This document shows positions 7,318 through 13,650 of a stretch of DNA of 24,000 bases, one piece after another. The translations under genes and the position numbers were made by a program. Origin of the DNA: an uncultured bacterium (GTDB lineage: Bacteria > Patescibacteriota > Minisyncoccia > Minisyncoccales > Minisyncoccaceae); NCBI GenBank assembly GCA_963802195.1, contig CAWDHP010000003.1, positions 19,456 through 43,455 on the forward strand, written 5' to 3'. Under the pieces are notes generated by a model. That model made no database searches and was not told where the DNA came from. It was given only the letters and a program-made list of their open reading frames with translations. The stretch's first letter is position 1, and each line of letters begins with the position of its first letter.

Positions 7318-8523
7318 TTAAACATTTTTTACTGTAAATCCAGCATTTTTGAATCCCTCAGCCAAGGACGTTGGTTCATCCTTAATCTGAATATCGTTAA
7401 GACCGAAGATCTTTTCAATCTCGACCTTGGATGGAGTAATGGGTGTGATTCCGTCCCATGGCTCCGTGCGAATGCCGTTGGCTACCCACCGTACATAGTG
7501 GTGGATTCCTCCGGCATTAGCGAGTACATAGGATGTTATTTCTCCATCCTTGTACTCTATCCACGCAGAGTGCCAATCGGGCGCTTCAACGATAGCTAGA
7601 ATACTCTCGCTGTTGAATGGTCTCTCGCAGGATTCCTTTATTCGGGTGATACCCGATTCAGAAATTTTCTCGAACCGGTAGCGCTTGCCACCACCCGGAC
7701 CGATGCAGAGAGATATTAATGCTTTCGTGCCAGGAATCAGTGTGCCAGCTTGCACACTGCTGACGCCACCGATCTTATCGCCCATGACGACGGGAATGGC
7801 AATGCCCCAGTTTTTTACGGTTTGCTCTATCGGTTGCCACTGTGTGAAGTGGTTAACCAGAACATTCATTTCGGGGCTGATTGCTTCCTCAAGTTCTTCT
7901 GCTAGTTTAATCGCGGACTGAACGTCCTCGTGAAGCTCTCCAGTAAACTGCTTTACAACTTCCGTTACCTCGGGATTATCATCAGTGGCGATTGTTTGGC
8001 AGAGTTCTTCGCGGGTCATTGCGACTGCGTTGAAACTCCTAGTCACAATGAGGTAGCGCTGACCGTAGCCTTTGTATGATCCCCCGCAGATGTTCACGAT
8101 GAACACCGATGGAGATTCAATATGCCACAGCTCATCAGTTCCGCCACCAATTCTACCGGCATCGCCGAAGGCATAAGAACCAGTGACTAACAGTTTAGCT
8201 TCGCCACCCTTGTGGACGACATTACCCTCTGTCCCACGGGTGTACGTTCCATACGTGTTTATTCGTATGAGTACACCGCGTTGGTTGGGGTTGCTTTTGG
8301 TCAATATGCAATGCTTCCTTTCCTCCCCAAAGAGGAAATATCCGACATCATCGGGTCCGGACGGTTGTTGTCCGGAACGATTAGAAATTCGGACTTCTTC
8401 AAGCCACCGGCCTCGGCCAGCCTCTCCCAAAGAGAACGGAATCTCCTGGGTCCTTCCGTGCATGTCAATTATTTTCATTCCTTTCACTCCATTCTTGCCC
8501 CTAAAGCGTATCTTCGTGGGCAT
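7318..8523 (-). CDS. hypothetical protein (386-401 aa), no recognisable family
   Basis: Long intact ORF in GC-rich cargo. The start is either ATG 8523 (no SD) or ATG 8478 (GGAGTGAAAGGA upstream). Gly-rich loops are present (GDAGRIGGGTD, CGGSYKGYG, GPGGGKRY). Confidence 0.6.
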   Translation of the reverse strand: MPTKIRFRGKNGVKGMKIIDMHGRTQEIPFSLGEAGRGRWLEEVRISNRSGQQPSGPDDVGYFLFGEERKHCILTKSNPNQRGVLIRINTYGTYTRGTEGNVVHKGGEAKLLVTGSYAFGDAGRIGGGTDELWHIESPSVFIVNICGGSYKGYGQRYLIVTRSFNAVAMTREELCQTIATDDNPEVTEVVKQFTGELHEDVQSAIKLAEELEEAISPEMNVLVNHFTQWQPIEQTVKNWGIAIPVVMGDKIGGVSSVQAGTLIPGTKALISLCIGPGGGKRYRFEKISESGITRIKESCERPFNSESILAIVEAPDWHSAWIEYKDGEITSYVLANAGGIHHYVRWVANGIRTEPWDGITPITPSKVEIEKIFGLNDIQIKDEPTSLAEGFKNAGFTVKNV

Positions 8524-8768
8524 GAATTATGTTTGCTCATTAAGAGCGTACAATTTTAAAATATTATTTAAGACTGTGCGCTCTCAACAAACTCTATTTA
8601 AAGAACTATTATCAATTAAATCAGCAGTGAACCGTAAAGCAATTAGCGAGGGGTTTGAATGTATTATATTCTGGAGAGAGATTAGAATATATCCAATACC
8701 TCTCCTGCTTTACGGATCGCTACTGATTGTTTCTCAATTCTGAATCCACTTTTATTAAAATGAACTCG

Positions 8769-8816
8769 GAAAAAAGAAGGAGATAATGTTTAAACATTTA
8801 ACGGGTCTCCATCTCC
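8769..8816 (-). terminator. intrinsic terminator after the P-loop NTPase gene
   Basis: On the minus strand, GGAGAT (8816-8811) pairs with ATCTCC (8784-8779). The inner palindrome AATGTTTAAACATT is followed by TTCTTTTTTC. The 5' arm overlaps the stop codon. Confidence 0.5.
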
Positions 8817-9403
8817 GTTATCAGCCAATCTGCAAACTGACTAATAATACCCTGATAGGGATCCTTTGGACCGTCTCGGTCCAAATTACAGATAATCCCT
8901 CGAATGGGTTCGGCAGAAAAATCCGCCGAAGATCCTACATTGTTATCAAGCGTCCCATCCGCCCGCTTGATAAGCCGAGACTCAAATAATGCGAGAGTCT
9001 CACACCCTTCTTCTTTGGCAAAATTCTGCCAAAGCTCATTCTCTTCTTCTTTCGAAGAAAGAAGAATAAGGTGCGTTGACCGCTTGAGAATCTCGGCATT
9101 CTCAGCAGTCCGTCTTCCCCCAAGATCTAGGAGGACCAAGGGAAACGATTTTCCCAAGTTCTCAATGGACTTCAGAGTGAAACCCATGAATTCTTGAGAA
9201 AATGCTCCTTTCCTCCGAATTTCAGAGACAAGGCGCGGGTCAGTCTCTGCTGACCACATACCTTCTCCATCGGGACATGCCCTTTGGAGAAAGACTCTCG
9301 TTGCCTTCCTTGCCAAAAGCTGACGATATAGCTCGGCAAGGAAGACTGACTTCCCTGAATGTGGAGGCCCTCCCACGGCCACCACCATTTTTTTAGTGGC
9401 CAT
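8798..9403 (-). CDS. P-loop NTPase of the type found fused to Csx3 (Csx3-associated AAA/kinase-like)
   Basis: Walker A in VAVGGPPHSGKS and Walker B in LVLLDLGG. AAGGAGG SD. The gene lies directly downstream of the Csx3 gene. The link to Csx3-AAA fusions is recalled from the literature, not searched. Confidence 0.65.
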   Translation of the reverse strand: MATKKMVVAVGGPPHSGKSVFLAELYRQLLARKATRVFLQRACPDGEGMWSAETDPRLVSEIRRKGAFSQEFMGFTLKSIENLGKSFPLVLLDLGGRRTAENAEILKRSTHLILLSSKEEENELWQNFAKEEGCETLALFESRLIKRADGTLDNNVGSSADFSAEPIRGIICNLDRDGPKDPYQGIISQFADWLITEMETR

Positions 9404-9462
9404 AGTAGCCTCCTTTAGTGCTTTTTATACTTTTGCACAAAAAGTTTTTTCATTCCCTGATT

Positions 9463-9765
9463 TTACTCAGGGAACGGTATTACATTTCCGACCTGCTGGT
9501 CGGGAGAGTGGGTGGCAACGACCACTGCGCCAAGGCGCGGATCGCGAACTGCCAACCACGGTGTGGCATGGGCAGCATGCACTAACATGCTGTATAGCCA
9601 TACCGGACCCCGTCCGTCAAGGACGATCGGGGTTTCTCCACCGAGCTCACCGAGCTCAGTGACCGCTTCCTGAGATTCCTGGGGAGTTGTTACTCCGCCC
9701 GGAATCTCGAATCCTACCACCCGGATGCCGTTAGCATCACGGGTGGAAAATACTGGTTTCGACAT
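9463..9765 (-). CDS. csx3: Csx3 (Crn3) family protein, distant-CARF ring-nuclease fold
   Basis: LDGRGPVWLYSMLVHAAHATPWLAVRDPRLGAVVVATHSP closely matches the block I recall from A. fulgidus Csx3 (SGRGPIWLHCFLAHKYHHTPFVAVYDPRLGAVVVQSHS). I prefer ATG 9765 (GGGAGG 9 nt upstream) over the TTG at 9792. Confidence 0.7.
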   Translation of the reverse strand: MSKPVFSTRDANGIRVVGFEIPGGVTTPQESQEAVTELGELGGETPIVLDGRGPVWLYSMLVHAAHATPWLAVRDPRLGAVVVATHSPDQQVGNVIPFPE

Positions 9766-9954
9766 TTTCCATACCTCCCGTTTCACCTTCAACGGGGACT
9801 TTGCTCTGCATCATCAAAAGGTGACTTTGATGATGACTCCCTTCATGGGAAGCGAGCTGACTACTTTTATAAATAATCAATTCGCTTTCCATAAAGCAAG
9901 AGTTAAATATTCAAACCTATTTTCCTTTTAATGAGCAACTTATATTTTACAATT

Positions 9955-10007
9955 CTGCTTTTCGTCCTTTTGGACTCATCAGCTCGGATACACATCCGAG
10001 AAAGCAA
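9955..10007 (-). ncRNA. type III hammerhead ribozyme (HHR-2)
   Basis: Minus strand reads UUGCU-UU/CUCGGA-UGUGUA-UCCGAG-CUGAUGA-GUCC-AAAA-GGAC-GAAA-AGCAG. The core is identical to HHR-1. Stem III is UUGCU/AGCAG. Predicted cleavage is after U10001. Confidence 0.85.
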
Positions 10008-10060
10008 TTTGAAGAGGAAGTTTTATATAGCGAGCCCTCTTCGTACCCGCTTTACCCTGG

Positions 10061-10444
10061 TTACCTTCCAGTCGGGAAAATAACCATTTTCCAGGGATCC
10101 TCCCTGTCTGAAACATAGACAGGACGGAATCCCTTCTCCTCTACGACCTTCTGAAAGGCCGGGAGGAGAAACCCTGCCTCTGGCGGGAAGTCCATTAGGA
10201 CCTCCCTCGTTGCCTCATCGGCAAAGAGGAAGGCCTCCTTCATGGCCCTTCCCAGCCAATCGCCGAAACGCTCTGCGCGCTCGACGATTTGTTGCCCTTC
10301 CACCACGTCCATGTGGCGGAAGAGAATCATTTCCTCCAGTTCCACCCGCAGGTGGACTGGAACTTCAGTCAGCGAAAATCGCTGGTGAAGTTTCTCCGCT
10401 CCCTCACGGGGGAGCGGGCTTACCCTTAAGATACTCTTCTGCAT
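10061..10444 (-). CDS. hypothetical protein (127 aa)
   Basis: GC-rich intact ORF. I prefer ATG 10444 (AAGGGGAG about 10 nt upstream) over the TTG at 10495. No recognisable motif. Confidence 0.5.
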   Translation of the reverse strand: MQKSILRVSPLPREGAEKLHQRFSLTEVPVHLRVELEEMILFRHMDVVEGQQIVERAERFGDWLGRAMKEAFLFADEATREVLMDFPPEAGFLLPAFQKVVEEKGFRPVYVSDREDPWKMVIFPTGR

Positions 10445-11180
10445 AATAATGACTCCCCTTCTTTTTCGGTAGAAGTAAACCGGTGCTTTTTCCAAGCAAC
10501 AATCTAGAGATATAAGTCTACAGATTGTTACTTAGAATGATTTTAAAATGAACCACTGACACTCCCTATCTCGTAAGGAGGTTTCTGGAAACGAAGTGGG
10601 TTAGGCCTCTTTTCCAGCCGATCTCCTTACTAGAAGAACGGTATACGATTTTTTAACCTTAGGCCATAACTCTCTCCAGACTTTCTTTGTCGCCTAAAAT
10701 TAATATATCGGACAGGCAAGCAATTGGTTTTTGCTGCTTTAGGACCTTGACCTATCACCATAATAGATCGCGTTCCTTTGATTTTGGTTTAAAGAACTAT
10801 ATCTTCTTTCTTGCGAAAGAAGGTGATGGATATGAGTCTTGTATTGTTTTAGCTCATTTCCATAACTTTCCTTCGTAATATATTGTAAAAGAGGGGGGAG
10901 ATTCAGAGTCCTAGGTGTAAACCCAAGGTTTAGGACGCTGTTCGGCAAGTCTCCCCGCTGCCGCTTCCGAATGGGTCTTCGGAAGAAAGTGGTAAAGATG
11001 ATACATATTCATCTCCACAACTTTCTTTCAAAAGAAAAAGGGGTAACAAATGTTGGGATACTGCATGAAAAGAGTACCTCAACACTTATTACCCCATAAC
11101 GGAATTAAAAGCGTTTATTGGCAATGCCTCTCTCCTTGCATTGACTTGGCTTATTTAATTTTTAATAACTTCATCCTAAC
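10445..11180 (-). ncRNA. large structured leader RNA, copy B (paralogue of 6458-7148)
   Basis: About 735 nt between the promoter at 11187-11215 and the ORF127 ATG. The core 10575-10785 is homologous to 6614-6846. Two long hairpins are followed by U-tracts (about 11036-11095 and 10895-10956). ORF-track ORFs in this region are not conserved in copy A. Confidence 0.5.
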
Positions 11181-11186
11181 AACTAT

Positions 11187-11215
11187 ACTATGACATACTA
11201 TCTATTTTCTGTCAA
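11187..11215 (-). promoter_or_regulatory. sigma70-type promoter P1 for leader B
   Basis: Minus strand reads TTGACA (11215-11210), a 17-nt spacer, then CATAGT (11192-11187). Confidence 0.55.
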
Positions 11216-11222
11216 GCTCCAG

Positions 11223-11231
11223 TTATCCACA
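11223..11231 (+). promoter_or_regulatory. perfect DnaA-box 9-mer TTATCCACA, 7 nt upstream of the P1 -35 element
   Basis: Exact 9-mer at the same spacing as at 7191-7199. Confidence 0.45.
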
Positions 11232-11301
11232 CCCTGATTTTTCTATGAATAACAAGGCTTTTCTTCTTTTCTGCCTCTCCTTTCTTTATCCTTACACCTA
11301 T

Positions 11302-11330
11302 ACCATAGCATAGTAGTATAATTATGTCAA
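11302..11330 (-). promoter_or_regulatory. sigma70-type promoter P2 (tandem with P1)
   Basis: Minus strand reads TTGACA (11330-11325), a 17-nt spacer, then TATGGT (11307-11302). Confidence 0.5.
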
Positions 11331-11337
11331 CACTCAG

Positions 11338-11346
11338 TTATCCACA
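11338..11346 (+). promoter_or_regulatory. perfect DnaA-box 9-mer TTATCCACA, 7 nt upstream of the P2 -35 element
   Basis: Exact 9-mer at the same spacing as the other two copies. Confidence 0.45.
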
Positions 11347-11451
11347 CCCTAGCTATCAAGTTTTTCAGTCTCCACTTTGTCTACATATGGGGTCTGGACT
11401 CCCTAGAGCTATTGCGTCATCCTTGTCCTTGAGATAATAAATAAAAACAAT

Positions 11452-12759
11452 ATGGAACGAATAATAAAAAGTATAAGTCAGTCCCCTATTCTTGATGCTC
11501 CAATCAAGTATTGTCTCTATGCTAGGAAATCGACTGAAGCGGAGGACAAGCAAGCTCTTTCAATAGAATCTCAAGTAAAGGAAATGTTATCTCTAGCCGA
11601 AAGAGACAACTTAGATATAGTTGAAATTAAAAGAGAATCGCATTCTTCAAAGGAAGTCGGACAAAGAGTAGTTTTCAACGAAATGATTAAAGAAATAAGA
11701 GAAGGAAAATATAATGGAATATTAACATGGGCGCCAGATAGGTTAAGCAGAAATGCTGGGGATCTAGGATCGATAGTAGATTTGATGGATCAGAAGCTTC
11801 TTATCGAAATAAGAACATACGGACAGAAGTTTACCAATAATCCAAATGAGAAGTTTCTTTTAATGATATTAGGCTCTCAAGCCAAACTAGAGAATGACAA
11901 TAAAGCAGTCAATGTTAAGCGAGGATTAAGGACTAGATGCGAAATGGGATTAAGACCAGGAGTTGCACCGACTGGCTATCTGAATGAAAAGCATGTTGAT
12001 AAGAAATGCCAATGCAGAATAGATTCTAAAAGAGCACCTATTATTAAACAGATGTTTGAAAAGGTGGCCAACGAGCAATGGAGCGGCAGGAAGATATTCC
12101 GATGGCTGATTGATATTGGATTCAAGACTAAAACCGGCAAGCCTTTAGTTCTTGCCAATATTTATCTCATCTTAAGAAATCCTTTTTATTATGGAGAATT
12201 TGAATACCCAATTAAAAGCGGTAATTGGTATATTGGTAAACATGTTCCGATTATAAATAAAGAGCTGTTTGATAAAGTGCAAATGACCCTCGGTGATAAT
12301 TTCATACCCAAAACAGAAAGCAAGGAATTCGCTTTTACCAAATTAATCAAATGCGGATATTGCGGATCAGGAATATCAGCTGATGAAAAGTTCAGAAAAT
12401 TAAAAAACGGCGGTACTAACCGTCATGTCTATTATTTTTGTACCAAGGCGAGAAATATTGATTGCAAAAATCAGCCGATAGATGAGGCAAACCTAATAAA
12501 CGAACTAGCAGAACTTGTAGACAAGATTGATTTAGATGAACTAGGGATAAGGGATAAAATTGAAAAAGAATTAATGAGATTTAATAAATTTAGAATCGGA
12601 GTGCTTGGGCATAAAAAAGAAGTAAGCAATTCAGATATTGATATCCGTAACTATGCTAAGTATTTATTAAAAGAAGGAACAATTACCGAAAAGCGAGAAC
12701 TCCTATCATTTTTAAAAAGTAAACTGGTATTAAAAGACAGAAAGATTATTCTTGGATAA
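11452..12759 (+). CDS. large serine recombinase (resolvase/invertase N-domain, recombinase domain and zinc ribbon)
   Basis: YCLYARKSTEAEDKQALSIESQ carries the catalytic Ser motif. Also present are GILTWAPDRLSRN and a C-terminal CGYCG...YYFC zinc-ribbon-like motif. The gene is AT-rich (line 12181-12240 has 17/60 G+C) and has no SD, so it is host-like, unlike the cargo. Confidence 0.85.
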   Translation: MERIIKSISQSPILDAPIKYCLYARKSTEAEDKQALSIESQVKEMLSLAERDNLDIVEIKRESHSSKEVGQRVVFNEMIKEIREGKYNGILTWAPDRLSRNAGDLGSIVDLMDQKLLIEIRTYGQKFTNNPNEKFLLMILGSQAKLENDNKAVNVKRGLRTRCEMGLRPGVAPTGYLNEKHVDKKCQCRIDSKRAPIIKQMFEKVANEQWSGRKIFRWLIDIGFKTKTGKPLVLANIYLILRNPFYYGEFEYPIKSGNWYIGKHVPIINKELFDKVQMTLGDNFIPKTESKEFAFTKLIKCGYCGSGISADEKFRKLKNGGTNRHVYYFCTKARNIDCKNQPIDEANLINELAELVDKIDLDELGIRDKIEKELMRFNKFRIGVLGHKKEVSNSDIDIRNYAKYLLKEGTITEKRELLSFLKSKLVLKDRKIILG

Positions 12760-12770
12760 GATTGCTAACT

Positions 12771-12799
12771 AAAAATCACTGGATAAACCAGTGATTTTC
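12771..12799 (+). terminator. intrinsic terminator after the recombinase gene
   Basis: AAATCACTGG (12773-12782) pairs with CCAGTGATTT (12788-12797) around the loop ATAAA. The stem is flanked by A and T runs. Confidence 0.6.
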
Positions 12800-12837
12800 A
12801 TGTATGCATCTCAGTCACCTGACTTAGCATAAGACGG

Positions 12838-12908
12838 CTGCGGGACTAGGATTCGGACCTAGATTGGGCGAGTCAAAGTCGCCAGTCCTACCGTTAGACG
12901 ATCCCGCA
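12838..12908 (-). tRNA. tRNA-Gln (anticodon UUG)
   Basis: Manual cloverleaf: acceptor UGCGGGA/UCCCGCA with the U1-A72 pair typical of bacterial tRNA-Gln; D arm GUCU-AACGGUA-GGAC; anticodon arm GGCGA-CUUUGAC-UCGCC; T arm CUAGG-UCCGAAU-CCUAG; discriminator G. CCA is not encoded. The T-loop reads UCC instead of the usual UUC. Confidence 0.8.
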
Positions 12909-12911
12909 ATA

Positions 12912-13592
12912 TTATAATGATTTTTCGCAAATACCTTCTATCCATCCAGTAATCATTCTATTAAGGTTAGTACTTTTATTAACCGTAACTCGTATTAATC
13001 CATAATAGTTGTTACCAGTATTTTTTCTTATAGTCTTTATTTTACTTTTCTTCAAGTAGGTCCTAATTTTTTTCGTTGATATTGAAAGAATATTAGACCA
13101 GTATACTTGAGCTCTTTTTATGTCAGCTGTTTCGTGAATATATAATTCGTAGACTAAGTCAGAACTATTTATCGAAAAGCTATTTTTTAACCATTTTATA
13201 AAAAGTAAAATCATTTTGGGATCAGAATTACTAAACTTAACTCCTGAATTTTTTCCATTTTCTTTTTCCTTTGATCCTTCAGCCCAATATAATGCTACTC
13301 CTATTAACCATAAATTTTCTTTATTAATACTTTTTACCTCCTTTCTTGCTTTTCTTTTTATCTCTTTTGTGATTTTTATTCTATTTCTTCTTCTAGCCGC
13401 TGCACCACGCAATCCACCTTCAATTCTTTTTTGGGTAGTTCTTTGGAATTGAGCTTTGGCTAATCCTACACTTCTTAACCATAAAGATAAGGTAGATCTA
13501 GCTATCGGTATTTTTTTCAAAATTTCTGAATAAGAAAAGCCTTCTTTTCTAAGTTTAATTGCTTTTTCTTTTTCTTCAATTTTAGGTATCAT
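12912..13592 (-). CDS. HTH-domain protein with possible LAGLIDADG-like homing-endonuclease domain
   Basis: The N-terminal EGFSYSEILKKIPIARSTLSLWLR is HTH-like. LWLIGVALYWAEGSK resembles a LAGLIDADG-type motif (weak, recalled). The stop codon is 3 nt from the tRNA-Gln 5' end. Confidence 0.45.
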   Translation of the reverse strand: MIPKIEEKEKAIKLRKEGFSYSEILKKIPIARSTLSLWLRSVGLAKAQFQRTTQKRIEGGLRGAAARRRNRIKITKEIKRKARKEVKSINKENLWLIGVALYWAEGSKEKENGKNSGVKFSNSDPKMILLFIKWLKNSFSINSSDLVYELYIHETADIKRAQVYWSNILSISTKKIRTYLKKSKIKTIRKNTGNNYYGLIRVTVNKSTNLNRMITGWIEGICEKSL

Positions 13593-13650
13593 ATGAACTA
13601 GGATTATTGTTTATTTAATAATATCATCCTAGTTTTAATATGTAAAGGTT

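Larger units (their letters stand above)
3381..12799. mobile_element. putative integrated element: GC-richer minus-strand cargo (about 3381-11350) plus a large serine recombinase gene, next to tRNA-Gln
   Basis: Abrupt composition change. Spot counts: line 4201-4260 has 33/60 G+C; host line 16501-16560 has 17/60. All six cargo genes have GGAGG-type SD sites, while flanking genes have none. A serine recombinase sits at the right end and tRNA-Gln is 79 nt beyond it. The exact ends are not determinable, and no long direct repeats were found. Confidence 0.4.

Noticed and set aside
7979-7985. A third CUGAUGA (minus strand) inside the 401-aa ORF, considered as another hammerhead.
   Set aside because: There is no downstream stem II or GAAA, and no flanking stems. 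It is a chance heptamer within coding sequence.
7685-9931. Antisense or out-of-frame ORFs over the 401-aa ORF, the NTPase gene, the Csx3 gene and adjacent spacers (7685-7921, 8183-8743, 8212-8559, 8786-8989, 8904-9197, 8935-9123, 9202-9396, 9396-9662, 9725-9931).
   Set aside because: Same reasoning. They overlap better-supported minus-strand genes or run through terminator and UTR structures, and they have no independent coding signal.
7201-10007. The repeated element of about 53 nt, considered as a CRISPR repeat or as terminal repeats of a transposon.
   Set aside because: There are only two copies, 2.7 kb apart, in direct orientation. Each folds into a complete hammerhead core, so the ribozyme interpretation explains the conservation fully.
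7191-11346. A chromosomal oriC, as suggested by the perfect DnaA boxes.
   Set aside because: There are only three boxes. Each is welded to a promoter at identical spacing, they are spread over 4 kb of transcribed island, and no dnaA/dnaN or clustered box array is present. A regulatory site or a duplicated module is the more economical reading. An element-specific origin cannot be excluded.
10687-11553. ORFs inside leader B and the promoter region (10687-10878 +, 10739-10948 -, 11365-11553 -).
   Set aside because: They are not conserved in paralogous copy A, where the homologous frames hit stop codons within a few codons. They have no SD sites and they cross promoter elements or the recombinase start.
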